From the NCBI GenBank assembly GCA_020832235.1, contig JAFIEZ010000005.1:87374-151373 (forward strand): DNA of 64,000 nucleotides. Direction: 5' to 3'. The position numbers and the translations under genes are program-made. Below the pieces are notes generated by a model. It saw only the letters and a program-made list of their open reading frames with translations. It made no database searches and had not been told where the DNA came from. Source of the DNA: Bacteroidota bacterium (GTDB lineage: Bacteria; Bacteroidota; Rhodothermia; Balneolales; HLUCCA01). This document shows, piece by piece, positions 56,091-64,000 of the stretch. The number at the start of each line of letters is the position of its first letter. Positions within the stretch are counted from its first letter, which is position 1.

Positions 56091-58730
56091 ATGAAGCATG
56101 CTCCTTTCGTTTGGTATCTGCTAGTGATACTCGCTGTACTGCATGGTGGGAGAGGGGTATTGCATGCCGAAACGGAATCGTTTCCAGTAAATGCCAGCAA
56201 GTTTGCTGCCGAGATTGCAACGCTGCACGACGCACATGAATTTGTGCATAGGTCGATACACGCTGTAGGAGTGTTAACCCCATTTGAGAGAGACGTTTTG
56301 CCCGTGGTGAGTACCGAGCGGAATGCCGCCGAAACACAGCCACGGGCACTAAACGCCATCATAAACGATATTCAGACGAAGTCCGGGTATCGTTTTTTGT
56401 TTCGTGAAATCCAGGTTTCGGGCATCACCGTTGACTTTAGCTACACCGACAACTGGGCGCAAGACCTCGAGGATGCCATCTCCGCACACGGACTCGCTTT
56501 GCGCGTGAGCCACTCCCGCCGCCAGGTTGTAATGTACACCAGCCAAAGAAGAGCACCCACACGCGTGGAAACCGCCACCACCGAGCCCGATCCCATCCTG
56601 GTTATTTCCCCCGGAATCATCGTTACGGGGCAGGTTTTCAGCTCGATATCCGACAGTCTCAACGCCGTCATCCTCACGCACAGCCGTTTTGGACCCCTCG
56701 GCGAGGGCAACGCCATTCGCGCTATGCAACAGCTGCCTCAGGTGACGATGGGAGGCTCCCTCAAAGACGGCATTTTCGTGCGGGGTACCAACGACGATGC
56801 GTTTCAGGTGCTTCTCGACGGATCCATGGTCTACAATCGCTCGCATTTGTTCGGACTTATCGATTCGTTCAATGCGGATGTCATCCGCACCAGCGAGATG
56901 TATTACGATATTACCCCCGCCCGATATCAGGGTCCGCCGGGCGGATTGCTCAGCCTCACCACCCGAACCGGGTCACTGCAGGATGTTCGCGGGTCTGCGG
57001 CCCTTACCGCCACATCCATCCGTGGAAACATCGATGGTCCCCTGCAAAAAGGGCGTTCGAGCTGGCTTCTGGCAGGACGCACATCCCTGCTGAATCAGTC
57101 CGACATCCTGGGTACTTCCGATATGGTATCGTGGGGACTTGACGTAAGCCGGCCCTCATCCACAGATAACCTCGATGCTCAACGCGTTGTTACCGGACGC
57201 GACTTTAACGCGCGATTTCATGACCTTCACGGGAAACTGTTTTTCATCGTGGGTCCATCGGCGAGCCTGAGTTTTTCGGGGTACTCCGGGTTTAACGATA
57301 CCCGTCAGGAGGTGGACCGTTTAACGCGCGGCTCAACCACAACGCTGCCGACCACGGGAGTCGGATCGGACCTGTTTAATTTGCAGCTTTTTGGTTCCGA
57401 GCGGTTCGAAACGAGCAATTCGTGGGGCAGCAACACGGTAGGAGCTCAGTTCGATTACCTCACATCGCGGCGCACGGAAATCGCCATCAAGGCCGGATTC
57501 AGCTATTACGTTACCGATTTCAGGAAAGAAGATTTTGCCTATCAGCGACCCGGACAAAATCCACAGAGTCCAACGCTGCTTATCAGTCCGTTCCGCAATG
57601 CGAGTGAGCTCAACCATGGACATTTCGGGGTGGATGTGCAGCCGTTATTGGGCTACCGGGTCGGCGCGGCGGTGCACCGGTATCGAACCGCCTACCTCGA
57701 GCAATCGCTGAACAGGTCCGAGTTTTACAGCGTGACCGACAGCTGGCTGAGCGAGGTGTATGCCGAAGACACGTGGCGTCCGCTGGATGCGCTGGAGGTA
57801 GAGGCCGGTTTTCGACTTCAATATTTCAGCAACGGCGAGTATCTGCGGGGATCGCCCCGGTTGCGGTTAGGACTATGGCCCGATCGGCGCGTTCAGGGCT
57901 CGGTGAGCTATGCCATCACCCATCAGTTCATGTATAAACTGGGCTTTTACAACGCCACCACCACCGATATGTGGGTACAGTCGGATAGTGACCAGCCTCC
58001 CACTCGTGCGGAAACGGTTTCTGCGGGCGTGTCTGCCCGACTTTGGAGGGGAGCTTCGATGTCGCTCGAGGGTTATATGCGCCGCCAACAGCATCTGCGC
58101 CTGCACGAAATCAACATCCAGCTCATTGAACGTCCCCTCGAGGGATCGCCCTGGTACACCCAAAACGAGGGATTTAGTCAGGGCTTGGAGGTTTCGCTGA
58201 TTCAGGATCTGGGTTTCGCGCAGTTGATGCAGGCCTACACGTGGAGCGAGGCGAAACTTCGGAATCCGCTCATCGCCGGCGGGGACTGGTTTTATGCAGG
58301 GTTCGATCGCCGGCACCAGTCGACCACCACGGCAACCGTGCAGCCGGCACGGAATACGCAGGTGGGATTGAGCTATGTAGCAGCGAGCGGGGTGCCGGAC
58401 CGGCTGGACTTCGGAGGCTCCGCGCAGCAGGGCAGGATGGGAGTGTATCGAAGGCTCGATGCCTCGCTGAGCTATCGGGTGGTTACGGGAGGGAGGAGTG
58501 CTCTAAATGGTGATGCAACCAGCGCCTCGGGCTCAAGGACTGTCCGTGATGGTGTGACGGTCGACATCCAGCTTGGCGTGTACAACCTGCTCAACACGAA
58601 GAATCCGTGGTATAGCGAGGTTGTGCAGCTGGTCAGCGATGAGGGACCATGGTCGAGGCTGGTGACTGGCCGGGCCGTAGTGTATGATCTGGGCGTGCAG
58701 CCTTCGTTTTCGGTGCGCGTTAGTTTTTGA
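56091..58730 (+). CDS. TonB-dependent receptor with N-terminal STN-like signalling domain
   Basis: STN-like 'LNAIINDIQTKSGYRFLFREIQVSGITVDF...LEDAISAHGLALRV'. Plug 'AMQQLPQVTMGGSLKDGIFVRGTNDDAFQVLLDGSMVYN'. The barrel ends 'GVQPSFSVRVSF'. Confidence 0.85.
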   Translation: MKHAPFVWYLLVILAVLHGGRGVLHAETESFPVNASKFAAEIATLHDAHEFVHRSIHAVGVLTPFERDVLPVVSTERNAAETQPRALNAIINDIQTKSGYRFLFREIQVSGITVDFSYTDNWAQDLEDAISAHGLALRVSHSRRQVVMYTSQRRAPTRVETATTEPDPILVISPGIIVTGQVFSSISDSLNAVILTHSRFGPLGEGNAIRAMQQLPQVTMGGSLKDGIFVRGTNDDAFQVLLDGSMVYNRSHLFGLIDSFNADVIRTSEMYYDITPARYQGPPGGLLSLTTRTGSLQDVRGSAALTATSIRGNIDGPLQKGRSSWLLAGRTSLLNQSDILGTSDMVSWGLDVSRPSSTDNLDAQRVVTGRDFNARFHDLHGKLFFIVGPSASLSFSGYSGFNDTRQEVDRLTRGSTTTLPTTGVGSDLFNLQLFGSERFETSNSWGSNTVGAQFDYLTSRRTEIAIKAGFSYYVTDFRKEDFAYQRPGQNPQSPTLLISPFRNASELNHGHFGVDVQPLLGYRVGAAVHRYRTAYLEQSLNRSEFYSVTDSWLSEVYAEDTWRPLDALEVEAGFRLQYFSNGEYLRGSPRLRLGLWPDRRVQGSVSYAITHQFMYKLGFYNATTTDMWVQSDSDQPPTRAETVSAGVSARLWRGASMSLEGYMRRQQHLRLHEINIQLIERPLEGSPWYTQNEGFSQGLEVSLIQDLGFAQLMQAYTWSEAKLRNPLIAGGDWFYAGFDRRHQSTTTATVQPARNTQVGLSYVAASGVPDRLDFGGSAQQGRMGVYRRLDASLSYRVVTGGRSALNGDATSASGSRTVRDGVTVDIQLGVYNLLNTKNPWYSEVVQLVSDEGPWSRLVTGRAVVYDLGVQPSFSVRVSF

Positions 58731-58736
58731 GGCCCA

Positions 58737-59861
58737 TCAAAACCGATACGTAACCCGGGCATAGAAATCGGTATCGCGCTGGGTGAGTGCCGCGTTGCTT
58801 CGACGATACAAATCGGTGCGCAGTCTGTAGCGCATCTCGAAATTAAACCGGGAGCTGAATGTAAACCGGTAGCGAATCTCCGACATGGTGTTATTCGGAC
58901 GAAAACTGGAGGATATTACCCAGTTTGGTTCGGTCTGTCCGTATAAAATTCCGATGGTATGTCGATTGAAGAGGTCGTTGGCGTAGGCCGATACTTGCCA
59001 TGCCATTGATGCAGTCTCCGACAGTACCGACGCGACCGGAACACCCGCAGAGGCCGGTGTCGGTGCGTTGGGAATTAGACCTAGTTCACCTCCGGCCCAA
59101 TAATCGCCCGTTGAGGCGTTTACAGGTAATCGCAGCATCGCCCTGCCGGTTACAACGGTGAGCGTTTGCCAGCTACCATCCCGCTGAAATGAACTCGGAT
59201 ACACCGATACGCCCAGCTCGCGCTGCACCCATAGTCCTGTGGTGTTGCGGTGTGCGATGTTGGCGTAACCTCCAACCCGGGATGCCGACTCGGTGAATCG
59301 CATCGGATTCCGGGCGGCGTGGGAGCTTCCTTTTTCGTGGTTATGGTGCAGAATGGCGTCGATGCGCCAGTTTGGATTGGCATTCCAGCGAAACCAGACA
59401 CCATCGGTGTGCGAAATACTCAAGTTCGCGGCGTAATAGCGGTCCATGCCTTTGGGAATGAATCCTGCCAGGGGGAACCGGCCCTGAAATCGACCGGCTG
59501 TTATGCGAAGATTGGCGCCGGGCTGCCATTGCAGCTGCAGGATGTCGATGGTGGTTGCTCCGGCATCGTAACTGCCAGATCCGCTGGTGTATCCGCGCAG
59601 CGGGAAGTCGAATCGGCTCTGATTGGTGGCGTATCGACCTGCCAGGCGGGAGGTGAACCTAAGATCCGGTGAAAGCGTGTACTCGAGCTGCAGGTGTAGT
59701 CGCGCATTCATGGCATTTTCGGTAGTGAAAGATCCGTCCCAGTTGCGGGTTTCAACATGGGTGAAAACAGGACGGATAGCGCCGGAAAAGGAGGTGTTTT
59801 GCGCCAGGCCGTGGAGTGGATAAATAAAGTTGAGTATCAGGAAGCCGAGTAATAATTTCAT
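58737..59861 (-). CDS. Porin-like outer membrane beta-barrel protein, unknown family
   Basis: Signal peptide 'MKLLLGFLILNFIYPLHGLAQ'. Alternating beta-strand pattern throughout. C-terminal 'FYARVTYRF' (terminal Phe). Confidence 0.6.
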   Translation of the reverse strand: MKLLLGFLILNFIYPLHGLAQNTSFSGAIRPVFTHVETRNWDGSFTTENAMNARLHLQLEYTLSPDLRFTSRLAGRYATNQSRFDFPLRGYTSGSGSYDAGATTIDILQLQWQPGANLRITAGRFQGRFPLAGFIPKGMDRYYAANLSISHTDGVWFRWNANPNWRIDAILHHNHEKGSSHAARNPMRFTESASRVGGYANIAHRNTTGLWVQRELGVSVYPSSFQRDGSWQTLTVVTGRAMLRLPVNASTGDYWAGGELGLIPNAPTPASAGVPVASVLSETASMAWQVSAYANDLFNRHTIGILYGQTEPNWVISSSFRPNNTMSEIRYRFTFSSRFNFEMRYRLRTDLYRRSNAALTQRDTDFYARVTYRF

Positions 59862-60034
59862 GGTATGCAATGCCGGTAATAGTATATGTACTGCTCTCTG
59901 TAAGCATACTATGATTCTGATACAGATGCCAATGAATTACATTCGGTGGCGTGCAACGGTTACTTGGCAATCGGTTAGCCAAGGCTATTCATCGAGCGAA
60001 TCGCGACGTTCATCGAATAAAGTTGGGCTACTCC

Positions 60035-60069
60035 AAAAAAAGGGTTGCTGCAATTAAGCAACAACCCTT
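60035..60069 (-). terminator. Rho-independent terminator downstream of the SusD gene (minus strand)
   Basis: Stem gggttgctgc / gcaacaaccc (10 bp, one mismatch). It is flanked by A7 on the plus strand (60035-60041), which reads as a U7 tract on the minus strand. Confidence 0.65.
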
Positions 60070-60097
60070 CGAGGTCGGATGCGATTAAACAGAAATG

Positions 60098-61573
60098 TTA
60101 GTTGGCATCAATGTTTGGATTCGCATCAATTTCTGATCGTGGAATCAGAAAAGTCCAGCGCGGGTCGTCGGCTGGTAGCTCAAAGAGACCCCCAGTTGCC
60201 TGGGTACTGTGATTTGCACCCGTTCTGTCGAGAGGTTCTGCCAATCGTTTTAAATCAAAATAGCGGAATCCTTCTCCCCAGAGCTCGATACGTCGCTGTA
60301 TCATGATTTCATCAATCAACGCCTGACCGGTATTCGAGCTTCGAACATAGTCAGGGTCGCGGGTTGATACCAAATCAAAGAGTACATCAGCTGCTGTTGG
60401 GTCGTTCAATCGTGCTTTAGCTTCTGCTTCAATCAGATACATCTCGGCAGCACGCATATAGGGTACATCCATTCGGCTATCTTGCTCACTTACAGCAATG
60501 AATTTTTGATGTGTGTAAGGATGTCGGCTGAAAGCTCCCGGTAATTCCAAATCAGTGTGCTGACCGGTTGGGTCGAACCACTGGCCACGAACATCTGTTG
60601 CGCTTATCTGAGCAAACAGACGTGTATCAATAGCACGTGGATTTGTACGCGTAACAATGGTGCTATTATTACGGGACATGTTCGCACCGAAGTTTCCGAA
60701 ACGATCGGATTGATCTAATGTGATGTGCGATCCCCACATCCACTCGCCGATGGTATAATCGTTAAAACCCCCAAGGAGTTCACCGTGACTCATCAAAGGA
60801 TACCCCGAACGGGCCTGAGCTGCGTAGGAGGCTGCCTCAGTATAGTTACCCTGAGCCAGGTAAGCCCGTGCACGAAGCCCGAGTGCTACACTACGATCCA
60901 TGTGTGATTTATTCGGCCGATTGTAGGATTGCAGACGGCGTGCGGCTTCATCCAGATCGTCGTGAATTTGCTGATAAACAGCCGCTACAGGTGAACGTGG
61001 TTGACCTTCGTTACTTGGTGTTGTTACAATAGGTATCCCGTCGTGGTTGTTAGCACCACCTGGAACATAACGGTCTGCATACATCTGAACCAGCATTAAG
61101 TGGCTGAATGCTCTGTATACAAGGGCCTGGCCTACGGCTACATCAACCAGCGACTGATCTCCGGTAACGTTCGCTTCACCTGCTATGATTACATTTGCAT
61201 TACGCACAATCTGGTAATAAAACAGCCAGGGGAACAAGTTGTCTCTTGCGTTGGCATTTTGCTGTACGTTGAATTGATACAAGCCGTAATGCCAGGTAGA
61301 TGTTGTACGTGTCATGACTACGTCTTCGCCCATGGCGTCAGCGAAAATCATTAGCGCTCCAAGACCAACACAACCCTGACAGGAGAGATAACGAACGTAC
61401 AAAGAACGGTGAATTCCGTTAATTCCCAGCATCATATTAGCCGGTGATGATGTAACAACAGCATCAGAAACGTCCTCAGTAGGCACCGTATTCAGAAACT
61501 GGTCATCACATGCTGTCATACTCATCATGAGTACGGTCAGACCTGCAATAAGAGTAATTTTATTGTATTTCAT
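60098..61573 (-). CDS. RagB/SusD-family nutrient-binding outer membrane lipoprotein
   Basis: Lipoprotein signal 'MKYNKITLIAGLTVLMMSMTACDD'. SusD blocks 'ALVYRAFSHLMLVQMYA', 'MRAAEMYLIEAEA', 'QRRIELWGEGFRYFDLKR'. Confidence 0.9.
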   Translation of the reverse strand: MKYNKITLIAGLTVLMMSMTACDDQFLNTVPTEDVSDAVVTSSPANMMLGINGIHRSLYVRYLSCQGCVGLGALMIFADAMGEDVVMTRTTSTWHYGLYQFNVQQNANARDNLFPWLFYYQIVRNANVIIAGEANVTGDQSLVDVAVGQALVYRAFSHLMLVQMYADRYVPGGANNHDGIPIVTTPSNEGQPRSPVAAVYQQIHDDLDEAARRLQSYNRPNKSHMDRSVALGLRARAYLAQGNYTEAASYAAQARSGYPLMSHGELLGGFNDYTIGEWMWGSHITLDQSDRFGNFGANMSRNNSTIVTRTNPRAIDTRLFAQISATDVRGQWFDPTGQHTDLELPGAFSRHPYTHQKFIAVSEQDSRMDVPYMRAAEMYLIEAEAKARLNDPTAADVLFDLVSTRDPDYVRSSNTGQALIDEIMIQRRIELWGEGFRYFDLKRLAEPLDRTGANHSTQATGGLFELPADDPRWTFLIPRSEIDANPNIDAN

Positions 61574-61592
61574 AAGTATATCCTGAACTCGA

Positions 61593-64000
61593 TTATAATG
61601 TGAGGTTTATGCCCACAGTGAATACACGCGATGGGGTGTATCGGTGCTGTGTGGTTCCGTTGAACTGCTGAGCAGCTTCAAGACCTGTTCTGGCTGTATT
61701 CTGGAACAAGTTTTCGGCATTCGCATAAACAGTTGCTCGGCTTACACCATATTGTGTGGTGAAGGAGCGAGGCAGCTGGTAAGATAGGTTAACATTACGC
61801 AATGCAAGGAAGTCAGAGTCAACCAACCATCTGCTGGAGGCAGCGTTGAATGACGATGCTTGATTGGCATCCAGACGTGGAACATCTGTTATATCTCCAG
61901 GATTTTGCCAGCGGTTAAGGATGTCCCTGCTCATAGCACGACCGTAGTCGCTTCCGGGATGCATCAGTAATGCATAATTACTATCGTAGGTTTTTCCGCC
62001 AACCTGATAGGTAAATAACGCACTTAATGTAAAGCCTCGGTACGATACCGTACTGCTGAAGCTGCCAAATAAGTCAGGAATGGCCGTTCCAACAAAGTCA
62101 AATTCGGCATTGTTGTGATTGGTAGTTACCATTGTGCCGTTTACTTCGCGGATGTCGGATCCATCTGCCGCTATAGCGTCAGGACTTGCAATGTATAAAG
62201 CAGACCCGTCAGTAGGATCAACACCGTACCATTGACGCAACCAATAGTCGTAAATGGACCGTCCTACAACGAGCTTCTTCGTTCCGGTAATGATTTCATC
62301 TTGAGGAAGCTCTTTGAACTCATTGCGCAAGGTGGAAGCATTAACCGTCAGATTCCAGATGAAATCTCTATTGCGAACAATATCGGCTCCAACGGTGAGC
62401 TCTATACCACGATTGAACATCGTACCGATGTTATCAGGATAGGAATCCAGACCGGAGGAACGTGGAAGAGGAACATCAAAAATCAATCCGGCTGTTTCAC
62501 GATTGTAATACTCGAGAGTACCAATCAATCTGCTGTTGAAGAGTTCAAACTCAACCGCCACATCAGTCTGATCATTAGATTCCCACTGTAATAATGGGTT
62601 ACCTGCAGTACTTAGCAATATACCAGCTTCTGTCGCATTGTTATATCCGAGTTGATAAAGGGCCTGATATGCGTAGAAAGACAGAGCTCCATGACTGAGG
62701 TTTGAGTCATTACCTACCTGTCCGTAAGATCCACGTAGTTTCAAGGAATTAACCCAGCTTACATTTCGAATGAAATCTTCTTGATCCAGTCTCCACGCCA
62801 TCCCTATCGACCAGAAGTTGTTCCAGCGAACATCGCTGCTGAATCGCGAAGAAGCATCTCTTCGAAGCGATGCAGAAATGTAATACTTACTGTCTAAATC
62901 GTAGTTAACACGTGTGAAAAACCCTTCTTTCCTGTACTCGCGAGTGTTTGATGTTCCAGCAAGAAGATCTACATAGTTTATGAGCTCACTGTTACCATCC
63001 GTTACTTCACCACCTCTACGCGTAAACATGTAGTTTCGCTCATATTGGAAACTTTCATGACCGAGAAGAACAGCTACATTGTGACGGTCGAAGCTTTTGC
63101 GATAGTTCAGCAACTGACTAAGCGTTACACCTGTGAACATGGTTGCCGTTCTGTACGCGTCTCCACCCGGAGCAGCATCACCGATAATCGGGTTTCGGTA
63201 GCGATCTACGTTCAGTTGACGTCTGTCAAGAGCTGCATTAAAGGTGAAGGTAAAGTCATTCAGGAAATAGAACTCACCATACGTACGAACATTTAAGTTT
63301 GTATTTTTATTGAGTTGGCTGTTTAACAGGTTTTCCTGAACCACATTACGACCTGTTTGTTCCGGACGGTTAATTCCAGCATCAAAACTGGTACCCGGCA
63401 CACGCTCACCCGTAACCGGATCACGCACGAATAACGGATAAATCGGTCCCATCAAACGGGTACTTCGATATGGGTTAACAAAAGAAGTATTGCTAGATAC
63501 GCCATCAACCGCCTGGTTAGATTCACCAACGGCAACCGCAGTGTTAATTCCAACTTTCATCCAGTCCCGAAGCTGAGAGTTTACATTCAATCGGGCATTG
63601 TATCGCTCAAAATCGGAGTTCACTACATAGCCGGTTTCATTCAGATAGCCGAACGAAGCAAAATAATCGGTGTTGCCAGCCAATCCGCTATACGACATGT
63701 CGAAATTGGTTCGGGCACCAACACGGGTAATCTCATCCTGCCAATCATCATCCCAAAGAAGACGCGCATTGGCATTCAGCGACCCATCGGTGCCTACAAT
63801 CTGGTCGTTTGGAACACCATAAGGATTATAACGAATCAATGAAAATAAGTCTTGAGATGCGGTTGCGCTCGCTGCCTCTAACGTTTGGTTACCGGAGTAA
63901 TGCAAACTATTTCGGTACGACTCCCAGATAAGCGGAGCGTATTGCATGGCATTCACGCGCTCGTACTCAGGAATAGATCTGCTGGTGTAACCCTGGCTCA
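61593..64000 (-). CDS. SusC/RagA-family TonB-linked outer membrane transporter (5' end beyond the window)
   Basis: Barrel region with 'LRGSYGQVGN', 'IGTLEYYNRET', 'NRGIELTV', ending 'RVFTVGINLTL'. The reading frame stays open past the first in-window ATG (63956) to the window edge. Confidence 0.9.
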   Translation of the reverse strand, partial: SQGYTSRSIPEYERVNAMQYAPLIWESYRNSLHYSGNQTLEAASATASQDLFSLIRYNPYGVPNDQIVGTDGSLNANARLLWDDDWQDEITRVGARTNFDMSYSGLAGNTDYFASFGYLNETGYVVNSDFERYNARLNVNSQLRDWMKVGINTAVAVGESNQAVDGVSSNTSFVNPYRSTRLMGPIYPLFVRDPVTGERVPGTSFDAGINRPEQTGRNVVQENLLNSQLNKNTNLNVRTYGEFYFLNDFTFTFNAALDRRQLNVDRYRNPIIGDAAPGGDAYRTATMFTGVTLSQLLNYRKSFDRHNVAVLLGHESFQYERNYMFTRRGGEVTDGNSELINYVDLLAGTSNTREYRKEGFFTRVNYDLDSKYYISASLRRDASSRFSSDVRWNNFWSIGMAWRLDQEDFIRNVSWVNSLKLRGSYGQVGNDSNLSHGALSFYAYQALYQLGYNNATEAGILLSTAGNPLLQWESNDQTDVAVEFELFNSRLIGTLEYYNRETAGLIFDVPLPRSSGLDSYPDNIGTMFNRGIELTVGADIVRNRDFIWNLTVNASTLRNEFKELPQDEIITGTKKLVVGRSIYDYWLRQWYGVDPTDGSALYIASPDAIAADGSDIREVNGTMVTTNHNNAEFDFVGTAIPDLFGSFSSTVSYRGFTLSALFTYQVGGKTYDSNYALLMHPGSDYGRAMSRDILNRWQNPGDITDVPRLDANQASSFNAASSRWLVDSDFLALRNVNLSYQLPRSFTTQYGVSRATVYANAENLFQNTARTGLEAAQQFNGTTQHRYTPSRVFTVGINLTL

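Overview
This is a chromosomal window from a Bacteroidota/FCB-type bacterium, possibly Balneolales- or Rhodothermales-like. The lineage call rests on SusC/SusD pairs, ECF-sigma/FecR/TonB-receptor units and lipoprotein signal peptides. 1-10.6 kb holds a PUL-like locus: ECF sigma, FecR, STN-SusC, SusD, a secreted PIG-L deacetylase and an unassigned 890-aa secreted protein. 10.8-27.1 kb holds a DASS transporter, an M14 carboxypeptidase, TamA/TamB, a Tat-signal MBL hydrolase, a DUF285-repeat lipoprotein, tRNA-Pro(GGG), and an M1 peptidase whose C-terminal third looks like an Omp85-type barrel. 27.2-49.2 kb is an accessory island, almost entirely on the minus strand. It contains an orphan Phd/YefM antitoxin with decayed vapC and fic fragments, then a tightly packed 14.5-kb five-gene operon of giant proteins (642/1134/965/1512/568 aa). 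I can see no enzymatic motif and no hallmark of a known machine in that operon, so it is the top candidate for an undescribed system. The island continues with a polytopic membrane protein, a RibD_C/DHFR-like gene, a MazG-like gene coupled to a GIY-YIG/DUF2075/LexA-S24 fusion gene, and a DUF4062-AlbA_2(Schlafen-like)-HATPase_c_4 protein. 49.2-64 kb holds recR-ybaB-dnaX, a second ECF/FecR/TonB-receptor unit, a porin-like OMP and a SusD/SusC pair that runs off the window. dnaX has an A9 slippery tract at the expected gamma/tau boundary, plus an 18-bp periodic array and a C10 run in the linker. No CRISPR array, rRNA, integrase or transposase was seen. All family calls come from motif recognition by eye; no database search was possible.
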